Part shown: one piece after another, positions 1-8,820 of the stretch
Numbering within the stretch: the first letter of the stretch is position 1
Layout: each line of letters starts with the position of its first letter
From: a virus
Lineage: Duplodnaviria; Caudoviricetes
Length of the DNA: 33,870 bases
Direction: 5' to 3' (one strand)
Virus record (IMG/VR): IMGVR_UViG_3300042520_000495
Location: 1 to 33,870 of that record
Notes under the pieces: model-generated
Seen by the model: the letters and a program-made list of their open reading frames with translations, nothing else
Told to the model about the DNA's origin: nothing
Database searches by the model: none
Translations under genes and position numbers: made by a program

Positions 1-1
1 A

Positions 2-613
2 CGGTTCCACCAAGAATACCGTGAGCACGAGAAAAAGTTTATGGAGTTGGTGGACAACTTCTTGGACAAGTACCCGACTATCGTGAGTAACATGGCGTTT
101 GTGCAGGGCGATATGTTCGACCGGACAGAATATCCCGACGCGGCGGAGTTACGACATAGGTTTTCGGTGGACTTAATCCAGAGCGAGGTGCCGACAGGTG
201 ACTTCCGCTGTGCCATATCCCAAGACTTGCTGAACGACATGAGTTTGCACTACGAGAAGCAAGCCAAGCGCATGGTCGAGGATATCTTGTCCAAGCAGTC
301 TGAGCAGTTGGTCGATGTGATGGAGTCGATCAGTTACTGCTGCGAGACTGAGACTACTGTGGATGAGAACGGCGAGGTCAAGGTGCGTAAGCGCAGACTC
401 TATGACTCTACGTTGGAGCGAGCACGCGAGTTGTGCGAGACGTTTCGGGACTTTAACTTGGTCGCTGACCCCAAACTTGAGCAAGCCCGTGCTGCACTGG
501 CGAAAGCATTGGACGGTTTGACGATTGATGAACTGCGGAACTCAGACACCAAGCGTGTCGTGATTAAAGAATCTATTGATGACATCTTGAAGACGTTCGG
601 GGCGACTGTATGA
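2..613 (+). CDS. 5'-truncated phage early protein, DUF3150-like
   Basis: The frame is open from position 2 (RFHQEYREHEKKFMELVD...), so the true start lies outside the window. The 'MFDRTEYPDAAELRHRFSV', 'LYDSTLE...FNLVADPKLE' and 'ELRNSD' pattern resembles DUF3150-type proteins that precede AAA/vWA pairs. Confidence 0.7.
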   Translation, partial: RFHQEYREHEKKFMELVDNFLDKYPTIVSNMAFVQGDMFDRTEYPDAAELRHRFSVDLIQSEVPTGDFRCAISQDLLNDMSLHYEKQAKRMVEDILSKQSEQLVDVMESISYCCETETTVDENGEVKVRKRRLYDSTLERARELCETFRDFNLVADPKLEQARAALAKALDGLTIDELRNSDTKRVVIKESIDDILKTFGATV

Positions 614-768
614 GTCCGTTGGAGAGACAGTTAATTATGGCGTTAGCGGAGACGTTGGCGCTAATTGACACGCGAAATTTATCTCCAGAGCAGGAACTTA
701 TATATGTTCATGCGGTCGAAATACTGACCGATGCGATGGATAACTGTAGTGACTGTGTAAACTTTTAA
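610..768 (+). CDS. small hypothetical protein (52 aa, MSPLERQLIMALAETLALIDTRNLSPEQELIYVHAVEILTDAMDNCSDCVNF)
   Basis: Not in the ORF track; translated by hand. It has an ATGA overlap with the upstream stop and fills the gap to the next RBS. Confidence 0.6.
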   Translation: MSPLERQLIMALAETLALIDTRNLSPEQELIYVHAVEILTDAMDNCSDCVNF

Positions 769-784
769 CTAAGAGGTAATGACT

Positions 785-1867
785 GTGGGTAACAAGACTA
801 TTAACTTCAATACGCCTGTCGAACTGGGCGATGTGCCGAATCTGATCGCAACAATTGGGCATCACCGGACTATCTTGCTGCGTGGCGAGCCGGGTATCGG
901 CAAGTCAACGGTGCTGAAGAATCTGGAGACGGTCATGGGCAAGGACTATGACTATATTTACGCAGACTGCCCGGTGATGGATGTGTCGGACGTAGTGATG
1001 CGGATTCCGAATCACGAGACTAAATCGTTGGAGTCCTACGTGTCCGAACTGTTTCGGCTTGATAACCCCAAGCCCAAGATCATCATGTTGGACGAGATCA
1101 GCAAGGCCAATAAACTTCTGCAAGTCATCTTTACGAGGCTGATGCTTGAGCGCACGGTTGGCGATGTAAAATTGCCTGCTGGGTCTATCGTGTTCGCAAC
1201 GGGTAATAATTCATCTGATGGTGTCGGCGATACCCTGTCGGCGCACGTGCTGAACCGCCTGTGTGTGATCAACGTACGCAAGCCCGATGCCAAGCGGTGG
1301 GGTGTGTGGGCGACGGATAATAGTATATCTCGCATCGTCCGTGCTTGGGTGGCTATGAACCCATCGTGCCTCGCATCGTATCTTGACGGTGGGCAGGAGC
1401 AGAACCCGTTTATATTCGATCCGGCCAAGCCCATTACATCGTTCGTCACGCCAAGATCATTGGTCGGTGCGAGTCAGGTGGTGGAGAACACTAACAAACT
1501 AGGCAAGTACGTGACACAGGCGGCCATGGCAGGTCTTTGTGGCGGGGCGTTTGCCGAATCTATCGCAGCGTTCATGTCCATGGAGAAAGAATGGGTCAAG
1601 GTGCAGGACATTCTGGCTGATCCCGAGAACATTCAGATTCCAGAGCGTCCGGCGGTGCTGTTCCATGCCATGTTCAGTGCAGTGGATGTGATTGAGACGC
1701 AGGATGAACTGACCGCGTTTATGAAGTTTGTTGCGCGTATCAAGTCTGAAGAGGTTCAGAATTGTTTTTACTCCATGGCGTTTGAATCCAAGCGCACGGC
1801 ACGACTGGCGCGTAACAACAACGAGATGCGTCAGTGGGGCATGAAGAACATTGAACTTCTGGTCTGA
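785..1867 (+). CDS. MoxR/dynein-related AAA+ ATPase
   Basis: Walker A GEPGIGKS, Walker B IIMLDE, sensor 'FATGN', 'VLNR' and 'TPRS'. GTG 785 is preferred over ATG 779 because the SD GAGGT (773-777) is spaced correctly for it. Confidence 0.9.
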   Translation: MGNKTINFNTPVELGDVPNLIATIGHHRTILLRGEPGIGKSTVLKNLETVMGKDYDYIYADCPVMDVSDVVMRIPNHETKSLESYVSELFRLDNPKPKIIMLDEISKANKLLQVIFTRLMLERTVGDVKLPAGSIVFATGNNSSDGVGDTLSAHVLNRLCVINVRKPDAKRWGVWATDNSISRIVRAWVAMNPSCLASYLDGGQEQNPFIFDPAKPITSFVTPRSLVGASQVVENTNKLGKYVTQAAMAGLCGGAFAESIAAFMSMEKEWVKVQDILADPENIQIPERPAVLFHAMFSAVDVIETQDELTAFMKFVARIKSEEVQNCFYSMAFESKRTARLARNNNEMRQWGMKNIELLV

Positions 1868-1897
1868 TGGGTGGTCTAACTAGTAAGAGGTAACAGT

Positions 1898-3091
1898 ATG
1901 AACGCAGTCATGCGCGAAGTAGATTTTGAAACACGGCTGAAGAAGGCCAACGTCAAGTTGATCCGTCATCCAGAGACTTGTCTGTACGGTGGTGTGATCT
2001 TGATGGGGGAGACTTCTGTTGTGGACAACCCTGCCGACTGTCCTACGGCTTACACCGATGGGCTGAACAAACGGTATGGTCGTGCCTTCATGGAGAAACT
2101 TACTGACGAGGAGATCCGTGCGATTGTCTTGCACGAGACTTTACACGTGATGCTCAAGCATATTCCCCGTCACAAGGATCTGATGAAGGAGAATGCCCGG
2201 CTTGCCAACATTGCCATGGACTACGTGGTGAATGACATCATCATGAACATCCAAGACAAGACTCTGTGCAGGTTGCCCAAGGATTGTTTCTACGACCCTA
2301 TGTTCCACGAGTGGTCTGTCCGTAGGGTGTACGAGTATCTGAAGAAGGAGCAGGAGCAGGGCAAGGGTGGTGGTCGCCCACAAGAATCGTTCGATGAACA
2401 TGGAGAAGATCTTGTCCAAGGCATGGAGCCGGGCGATCTGGAGAAGATTACGCAGAAGGTTGATGAGGCAATCCATCAAGGCGGGACATTGGCAGGACGA
2501 TTCGGTGCCAAGATTCCGCGTGTCATCAAGGATCTGATGCAGCCCGAGATTGACTGGCGCGAGATACTCCAAGACTTTTGGAATTCCCATGTACGTGGGG
2601 CCGATGAGTACACGTGGCGTAAGTTTAATAAGCGGCGCGTGGCTGATGACATCTATTTGCCAAGTGCGATCAACGAGACGATCGGTGAGGTGATACTGGC
2701 GATTGATACATCCGGCTCTATCGACAACACGGACATTGCCAAGGTCGCATCCCGCATCCAAGAACTGTGCGATACCCTGCCGCCCGAACGTATACGGATT
2801 CTTTGGTGGGACACCGAGGTGCATGGTGAGCAGGTCTTTGAGGGTAACTACTCAGAGATCGGACGTATGCTCAAGCCTGTGGGTGGTGGCGGTACTCGTG
2901 CCGGATGTGTGAGTGAGTACATCGCTAAGAATAATCTTAACGCAGACTGCATGGTGGTGTTCACTGACGGGTACGTGGAAGATCCCGTGATATGGAATAC
3001 AAACATCCCGGCTATCTGGATCATCAAGGAAGGTGGGCGCGAAGAGTTTGTGCCGCCAAGTGGGGGCAAGCGCGTGGTGATGAAAGCCTAA
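1898..3091 (+). CDS. DUF2201-type metallopeptidase + vWA domain protein
   Basis: 'TAYTDG', HExxH (LHETLH), 'NIAMDYVVN', MIDAS DTSGS, 'GGGGT' and 'VFTDG'; directly follows the AAA ATPase. Confidence 0.9.
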   Translation: MNAVMREVDFETRLKKANVKLIRHPETCLYGGVILMGETSVVDNPADCPTAYTDGLNKRYGRAFMEKLTDEEIRAIVLHETLHVMLKHIPRHKDLMKENARLANIAMDYVVNDIIMNIQDKTLCRLPKDCFYDPMFHEWSVRRVYEYLKKEQEQGKGGGRPQESFDEHGEDLVQGMEPGDLEKITQKVDEAIHQGGTLAGRFGAKIPRVIKDLMQPEIDWREILQDFWNSHVRGADEYTWRKFNKRRVADDIYLPSAINETIGEVILAIDTSGSIDNTDIAKVASRIQELCDTLPPERIRILWWDTEVHGEQVFEGNYSEIGRMLKPVGGGGTRAGCVSEYIAKNNLNADCMVVFTDGYVEDPVIWNTNIPAIWIIKEGGREEFVPPSGGKRVVMKA

Positions 3092-3092
3092 G

Positions 3093-3108
3093 CGTATCAT
3101 TTGATACG
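3093..3108. promoter_or_regulatory. 16-bp inverted repeat CGTATCA-TT-TGATACG (operator-like or weak terminator)
   Basis: Perfect 7-bp arms immediately after the vWA stop codon, followed by GTGTTTTT. Confidence 0.45.
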
Positions 3109-3142
3109 GTGTTTTTAATTTATCAACAAGAGGTAATTAATC

Positions 3143-4174
3143 ATGGCTAGAACCAGTAAGATTAAGTTTAACATCGAAGATTTTTTCATCGAGGGGCAGC
3201 ACGACGCTGTTACCAAACAAAAGATCATCGCCAGTAGTCTGTTTCCGATTGCCGCTACGATGTACAACACGGCAGAGAAGCAGTTGCGTATCGGTACGGT
3301 AATGTTTAACGATGACGGGTCGGTGTATGCCTTGAACCTTGTCTCACCGCTTGGCATGAGTATCGCAAGACTGACCACAGCAGGCCAGCAGATTACGGCA
3401 TACGTACCTTGGAGTGGTCTTGAGCGTAATCCTGGCAAGACTTTACTGTCATCAATCAATCCCAAGTACGTGCAGGCCAAACTCAGACAAGGCTCATCGC
3501 ATCCTAATTTCGGGCTGTTTGAATCTGCCGTAAGGAACGCGCAGGATAAAATTAACTACTTGGTACGAGAGTTCGCCGATGTCTTTATAGACAATTTGAA
3601 TGGTCGCAGGGTCAGTGGACGGCCAGAAATTAGTCCGCTTGACTCTGAGTTGACTACGCTGCTAGTTAGGGCGTACATGGGTGATATTTCACTTATAGAT
3701 ATACCGTCTCAATGTAAGATGAGACTTGACTCTGTGGTGAGGAACTACCAAGAGAATACAAATAGATTCAAAGACTCTATCAAGAAGAGTTATGACTTCT
3801 TTGACGGTAACAAGTGGGTCTACATCACGGACATCAATGACGGTGTGATACTGGGCGCGATCAGCCCCGAGCCTGTGCGTGTAGCACTGGATAAATATGT
3901 TACGGAGGGGCGTCTGCCTCACACACGCGCTCACAGTGAGACTCCGTATCAATACATCAAGCCAGAGGTAGAATTTAAATGGTACAAGTCGTTTGACTGT
4001 ATTCCTGAACCGTTGAAGTGTGGGTTGGAGTACTCTATTGCCATGCTCAAGGCGCATCGAGCGACGGACGATAGTCTTTTCTCTGAACACGGCGATCATT
4101 TCTGGCCGGAGATGGGGGCAGCGCGTTCGTGGTCTAGTCACATTTCTGCCAAGGTATTGCTGCTCCCGATGTGA
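3143..4174 (+). CDS. hypothetical phage protein (343 aa)
   Basis: Long ORF with an AAGAGGT RBS; no recognisable motif. Confidence 0.8.
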   Translation: MARTSKIKFNIEDFFIEGQHDAVTKQKIIASSLFPIAATMYNTAEKQLRIGTVMFNDDGSVYALNLVSPLGMSIARLTTAGQQITAYVPWSGLERNPGKTLLSSINPKYVQAKLRQGSSHPNFGLFESAVRNAQDKINYLVREFADVFIDNLNGRRVSGRPEISPLDSELTTLLVRAYMGDISLIDIPSQCKMRLDSVVRNYQENTNRFKDSIKKSYDFFDGNKWVYITDINDGVILGAISPEPVRVALDKYVTEGRLPHTRAHSETPYQYIKPEVEFKWYKSFDCIPEPLKCGLEYSIAMLKAHRATDDSLFSEHGDHFWPEMGAARSWSSHISAKVLLLPM

Positions 4175-4185
4175 GGTAATTATGT

Positions 4186-4560
4186 ATGAGTCTATTAGAC
4201 GTTAGTGCCTCACTGTATCCCATCAAAGACGGGTACTTGGAGAATCATCATGCGGTGTGGATGCACCGAGTGAGTTACTACGAGTTTGTTATATACGTGG
4301 GTAAAGATTACATAAGACGATTTACGCTCGACACTTTGCCTGAACTGATTAAAGAGAAACTTGTATTGATTCATTCTGTTGGGAACAACCGTCTTCAAGA
4401 GCCGCAGATGTCTGATGCTTTACGTGAAGTTGGCTGGCTTGTGGGTAACTCTATGTACCAAATTATTTTATCTGATGAATATTTGAAGGAACTATCTGGA
4501 GGAGCGGAACTTGACACCGGAAGGAAGAGTCAAAAAGAAAGTGAAGGAGGTGCTGAATGA
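4186..4560 (+). CDS. hypothetical phage protein (124 aa)
   Basis: GAGGT RBS upstream; co-oriented within the operon. Confidence 0.7.
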   Translation: MSLLDVSASLYPIKDGYLENHHAVWMHRVSYYEFVIYVGKDYIRRFTLDTLPELIKEKLVLIHSVGNNRLQEPQMSDALREVGWLVGNSMYQIILSDEYLKELSGGAELDTGRKSQKESEGGAE

Positions 4561-4903
4561 CCTTGGCGCTTACTACACGATGCCCATGGGAACTGGCTTC
4601 TCTTCTTCTGGGGCGCCGGATTTTATTATTTGTATCGCCGGGTTGTTTTATGGTATAGAGTGTAAGGCAAACGGTGGTAAGCCCACCGCGCTTCAGTTGA
4701 AGCATCACGACGACATTCGCAAAGCGGGTGGAGTCGCATTAGTAGTCGATGAAACAAACGTAGTAAATCTACGCAAGGAGTTATTAAATTATGTCGAAGA
4801 AAGCAAAAATCTTGTCCCTTCTGAAGTCGGGCAAGTCGATCAACACGGTCGCAAAGTTGGTAAAGGTAAAGCCGCAGTACGTGTATTACGTGCGGTGGAT
4901 TGA
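4511..4903 (+). CDS. VRR-NUC domain nuclease (Holliday-junction-resolvase-like)
   Basis: MTPEGRVK...GAPDFI...GIECKA...PTALQ, a PD-(D/E)xK pattern. TTG start with GGAG upstream. Confidence 0.85.
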   Translation: MTPEGRVKKKVKEVLNDLGAYYTMPMGTGFSSSGAPDFIICIAGLFYGIECKANGGKPTALQLKHHDDIRKAGGVALVVDETNVVNLRKELLNYVEESKNLVPSEVGQVDQHGRKVGKGKAAVRVLRAVD

Positions 4904-5186
4904 TAAAAACAAGAAGCCGTCAAAGATTGTAAAGGCGGTGAAAGAAACGAAGGCCGAATTAAAGGCGTTGCTCCCGCAGTCTGATCCCGTCAATCATCCC
5001 GCGCACTACAAGGCCGGTGGCGTTGAGACCATAGACTTCATCGAAGCGAAGGATCTGAACTACCGCTTGGGTAACGTCATCAAGTACGTGAGCCGCGCCG
5101 GTAAGAAGAACTCTGATCCTGTGCAGGATCTTGAGAAGGCCGCGTGGTATCTGAATCGTGAGATCGAAGCGAGGAAGTCTGCGTGA
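4791..5186 (+). CDS. DUF3310 (SaV-like) protein with N-terminal HTH-like segment
   Basis: DPVNHPAHY...ETIDFIE...GNVIKYVSRAGKK...DLEKAAWYL signature; AAGGAG RBS. Confidence 0.85.
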   Translation: MSKKAKILSLLKSGKSINTVAKLVKVKPQYVYYVRWIDKNKKPSKIVKAVKETKAELKALLPQSDPVNHPAHYKAGGVETIDFIEAKDLNYRLGNVIKYVSRAGKKNSDPVQDLEKAAWYLNREIEARKSA

Positions 5187-5983
5187 ACACCCCTGCGTTC
5201 AATGACGCATGGAAGGCGTGGGTACTCAGCAATGTTGACCGTGGTTGCTCTAGGCAGTCGATGGTGAACTCAATGGTTGAGGCAGGATGGCCCATAAAAA
5301 TCGCCCGTGGTGTCATTGAATACGTATTGCAGGAGCGAGAAGAGATTGGAGTCGCTAACGTTGTTCCTAAACTAAAGGATATGCCTGCCTCTGTACGATT
5401 ACTTTTATCGCTAAAGACTCCACCTATTCAAGTTTTCTCTAACTTGCTGAGTGAAGACGAATGCGATTTGCTGATTGAGTTAGCCCGTCCAAGGCTGAAG
5501 GACTCATCAGTTGTGGATGGGGATACGGGTAAAAATGTTCCTAGCGATGGAAGGATTAGCGAAGGAATGTTTTTTAGCCTATCCGAAACTCCAGTGATCG
5601 CGCAGATAGAAGATAGGTTGGTAAAGATGTTTGATTGGTTGCCTAAACATCACGAGAGTATTCAAGTGTTGCATTACCTTCCCGGTGGACGGTACGACTC
5701 TCACTACGATTACTTTCGTCCAGATACGCAGAGTGTAGGGAAACTAACTGAAAGAGCGGGGCAACGTTTGGGCACAGTCTTACTTTACCTAAATACACCG
5801 GAGGAAGGCGGGGGCACAGGCTTTACTGATATAGGTCTGGAAGTTGCGGCCCAGAAAGGTAACGCTGTGTTTTTTAGTTATGACAGGCCGCATCCTTCAA
5901 CTAAGACATTACACGCAGGGCTTCCCGTTATGAGAGGGGAGAAATGGGTAGCGACGTTTTGGTTTAGGGAGAAAGCAACATGA
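5183..5983 (+). CDS. prolyl 4-hydroxylase-type 2OG-Fe(II) dioxygenase
   Basis: 'LLSEDECDLLIELARPRL', 'ESIQVLHY', HxD (HYD at 5702-5710), 'TVLLYLN..EEGGGT.F', distal His in 'TLHAGLPV' and 2OG-binding Lys in 'GEKWVAT'. Confidence 0.9.
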   Translation: MNTPAFNDAWKAWVLSNVDRGCSRQSMVNSMVEAGWPIKIARGVIEYVLQEREEIGVANVVPKLKDMPASVRLLLSLKTPPIQVFSNLLSEDECDLLIELARPRLKDSSVVDGDTGKNVPSDGRISEGMFFSLSETPVIAQIEDRLVKMFDWLPKHHESIQVLHYLPGGRYDSHYDYFRPDTQSVGKLTERAGQRLGTVLLYLNTPEEGGGTGFTDIGLEVAAQKGNAVFFSYDRPHPSTKTLHAGLPVMRGEKWVATFWFREKAT

Positions 5984-6192
5984 AACCCAAGAACGAGTTT
6001 GCCTTCCCGCAATTAGAAGGCGACCGTCTTAAATGGTGGGGGCATGGCATGACTTTGCGTGATTACATGGCTGGTTACAGTCTTAACGCATTGATTCAAG
6101 CGCATGGGATTGTCATGCGCCCCGAAGAAGCAGCACGAATTGCGTATACCTACGCAGACGCTATGTTAACCGAAAGAGAGGCTAAAAAATGA
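5980..6192 (+). CDS. small conserved phage protein
   Basis: 'AFP...GMTLRDYMA...A..AY.YADAML.ER' pattern common in phages; ATGA overlaps on both sides. Confidence 0.8.
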   Translation: MKPKNEFAFPQLEGDRLKWWGHGMTLRDYMAGYSLNALIQAHGIVMRPEEAARIAYTYADAMLTEREAKK

Positions 6193-6839
6193 ATTCACTA
6201 CAGATTGGACGACGACGATTCAGTGAGTTGTTCTGGAACATCGTGGATGAGAAAGTGAGCAATGTACCGTGGCAAGAAATAGAAGACATGATTGCGGATA
6301 GGCAGGAGTATCGCTGCAAGGCTGAATACAACACCGGGTCGCTGAGTGTGAACGATGCTGCTGAGTTGTATCGTTTAGTAAAGTTTTTTAAGCCAAGCAC
6401 CATTGCTGAAGTAGGTACGTTTATTGGTGTATCTACGATGGCGATGTACATGGCCGACAAATATGTGTCTATCGATACTTGCGACATGTCAAACGACATT
6501 CCTAACTCGTTTGTAGATACTAGGGGCATGGTGACTTACTTTCCAAAAACTTCATCAACAGAGATGTTCAAGAAGTTGGCAGAAGAGGAAAATCCTAGTA
6601 TCGATCTGATCTATCTGGATGGTCGCTTGAGTCAGCCCGACATCGAACCCTTGTCTAAAATTGTCTGCGAGAAGACCGTGTTCGTGTTGGATGACTTTGA
6701 GGGCATTGAGAAGGGCGTGGCTAACGCGCTGATGCTTGAGCATCCAAGTCGTGTACTGATCTACCCGCGTGGGGACAACAAGACCGCTGTGTCAATGCCC
6801 GTTGGACTAATCCAACTTGTTCCGCAGGAGATGACATGA
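6189..6839 (+). CDS. class I SAM-dependent methyltransferase (Methyltransf_24-like)
   Basis: Motif I 'AEVGTFIGVST', 'DLIYLDG' and 'VFVLDD'. Confidence 0.8.
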   Translation: MNSLQIGRRRFSELFWNIVDEKVSNVPWQEIEDMIADRQEYRCKAEYNTGSLSVNDAAELYRLVKFFKPSTIAEVGTFIGVSTMAMYMADKYVSIDTCDMSNDIPNSFVDTRGMVTYFPKTSSTEMFKKLAEEENPSIDLIYLDGRLSQPDIEPLSKIVCEKTVFVLDDFEGIEKGVANALMLEHPSRVLIYPRGDNKTAVSMPVGLIQLVPQEMT

Positions 6840-6955
6840 TCCGTACATTTATCGATTGGTGGAGACGGCGTAAAGCCGAGGCACACCGAGAGTGGGCGCA
6901 CGTGCCTAATCCAGAGTGGGCGGCGAAGCGTGGGACAGGGAGAGAATACTGGTGA
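6836..6955 (+). CDS. small Trp/Arg-rich protein (39 aa, MIRTFIDWWRRRKAEAHREWAHVPNPEWAAKRGTGREYW)
   Basis: Not in the ORF track. ATGA overlap upstream, GTGA overlap downstream, AGGAG RBS. Confidence 0.6.
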   Translation: MIRTFIDWWRRRKAEAHREWAHVPNPEWAAKRGTGREYW

Positions 6956-8820
6956 GCGAAGAAAAACCTAAAACCCAAACCCTCATGGACATGGCAAAAC
7001 GTGTCTATGAGGTAGGATTTGAAGCAGCGAAAGAGGGCAAGTACGACGATGCAATTGGCTACTTGGAAAACTTAAATAGCGTTGTCCCGATTTTGACTGC
7101 CTCTGCGCTACAGGCGGGGCGATGCCATTGGGAGATGCACCGTTGGGAATCGGCTAGGAAGTACTTTGATCTAGCCGTAAGACTTGAACCGACTAACGAC
7201 GATGCAGGATGGACTGTTGGACTTCTAGCCCTGCAGATGGGCGACTTCAAGAAAGGGTGGGAGGGTTACGAGCGGCGGTGGGGGAGTAAGTCATTCAAGT
7301 CTCCCATACTCCGTACTAAGCATCCGCAGTGGGAGCGGGGCAAGGGGCTACGTCGCCCGATTGTCTGGTGTGAGCAGGGTATCGGTGATCAGATTTTGTA
7401 TGGGTCGCTGATTGAAGCACTGGCACGGGAGGTGGATGAAGTCACCGTTATGATTGATCTGCGGATAGCGAATCTCTTTCAGCGCGGATGCAAGGCTAAG
7501 AATGTTAAGTTCCTATCTCACAATGCGCGGGTCAAGATGTCTGAGCATGACTCGCACTTGCCAATAGCCTCACTAGCGCAGCACTTCATTAAGTCAGTTC
7601 ATGACATTGATAAAAATGTTTCGTCCGGCTACGTGAAGGCTGACCCAGAGCGTGTGGCTTTGCTACGCAAGGAGTATGGCATCCGCGAAGACGAGTTCGT
7701 GGTTGGGCTGTCTTGGACAAGTACTGCGCCTGTGATTGGCACGCACAAGTCAGTTCCGTTGGAGAAGTTTCGACCGATTCTGGATATGCCGCACTTGAAG
7801 TTCATCAACTTACAGTACGGGGACTCACAGAGAGACGGCGATGGGTTTCATCCAAGTCTCATCACCACGCACATTGATACCTTTTTCGACATGGAGAATG
7901 TCGCTGCGCTCATAGAGATGTGTAATGTCGTGATCTCACCATCGTGTGCGACAGTGCATCTGGCAGGGGCGATGGGCAAGGATGTTCTACTCCTTGACGC
8001 CAACAAACTCTGGTACTGGAACAACCGTGTTGGCAACGAGAGCCTCTGGTACTCTGGCGTTAAGATCTTTCAGCGTGAGAACATGAACGCTCCATGGGAC
8101 TTGCAGTTGTATCAAGTACAGAATGAACTTGAGGTTATCTTGGGGCAGCGCACGAGGAATAGGCAGACGTTTGTGTTCTTTCACGTAGGGCAGGACATTT
8201 CGTATCCACAGAAAATGGTCAAGTCCATTCTGCGTCACAACCCCGACGCAGACATCATCATGTGTACCGACACCGATACGCCGGATGTGATGGGCATTAC
8301 GGCTAGGGCTGAAAGCGAAGTAGATAAAGACAATTTGATGTATTCGCGGATGAAAGCCTATTCGCTACTTGCAATCGATACACCGGCGCTTTACATGGAC
8401 ACAGACATGATAGTGCTTAACAAGATTGCGGTTAAAGATTTACTTGCAGACAGAGATGTCGCTTTTTTGCAGAGAACTTTTAATTCAGACGCAGAGTTTA
8501 ACATTGAACAACGCGGCATTCGGTTTGACGAATACAAAGGCAAGACGTTGGGAGAATTGTACCCATACGTGGGCTGTATAGTCGTAGCAAAAAGCGAAGT
8601 GTGGAAGGATCTTCTAAGCATATACGACGAGTTGGATACCAAGTTCAAGAAGTGGTACGGCGATCAAGAAGCGTTACGTATCTTTTTTGAGCGGCACTCC
8701 GAGAGAGTAGCAGTGATAACTGAGTCTGAGTACGGGTGCCTACCAGAATATGCACACGCCGATGCCAAGATCCTGCACTACAAGGGTGAAGCACGTAAGA
8801 AACTATTTGAGGGTGTATGA
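6952..8820 (+). CDS. TPR + GT-B (GT9-like) + GT-A glycosyltransferase fusion
   Basis: N-terminal TPRs ending 'GDFKKGWEGYERRW'. GT9-like part: 'WCEQGIGDQI', 'VGLSW', 'FINLQYG', 'ATVHLAGAMGK'. C-terminal GT-A part: DxD (YMDTDM), 'WYGDQEAL', 'ILHYKG'. GTG 6952 chosen as start because it overlaps the upstream stop. Confidence 0.85.
   Translation: MSEEKPKTQTLMDMAKRVYEVGFEAAKEGKYDDAIGYLENLNSVVPILTASALQAGRCHWEMHRWESARKYFDLAVRLEPTNDDAGWTVGLLALQMGDFKKGWEGYERRWGSKSFKSPILRTKHPQWERGKGLRRPIVWCEQGIGDQILYGSLIEALAREVDEVTVMIDLRIANLFQRGCKAKNVKFLSHNARVKMSEHDSHLPIASLAQHFIKSVHDIDKNVSSGYVKADPERVALLRKEYGIREDEFVVGLSWTSTAPVIGTHKSVPLEKFRPILDMPHLKFINLQYGDSQRDGDGFHPSLITTHIDTFFDMENVAALIEMCNVVISPSCATVHLAGAMGKDVLLLDANKLWYWNNRVGNESLWYSGVKIFQRENMNAPWDLQLYQVQNELEVILGQRTRNRQTFVFFHVGQDISYPQKMVKSILRHNPDADIIMCTDTDTPDVMGITARAESEVDKDNLMYSRMKAYSLLAIDTPALYMDTDMIVLNKIAVKDLLADRDVAFLQRTFNSDAEFNIEQRGIRFDEYKGKTLGELYPYVGCIVVAKSEVWKDLLSIYDELDTKFKKWYGDQEALRIFFERHSERVAVITESEYGCLPEYAHADAKILHYKGEARKKLFEGV

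Noticed and set aside
666-705. TTGACA as a sigma70 -35 box
   Set aside because: There is no -10 hexamer at 16-18 nt spacing, and it lies inside a probable small ORF.
5183-5983. TET/JBP-type DNA hydroxylase for base hypermodification
   Set aside because: The motifs (Lys in GEKWVAT, YLN..EEGG.T.F) fit the P4H class, and no DNA cytosine methyltransferase is seen in the window. A DNA target is kept only as an alternative hypothesis.
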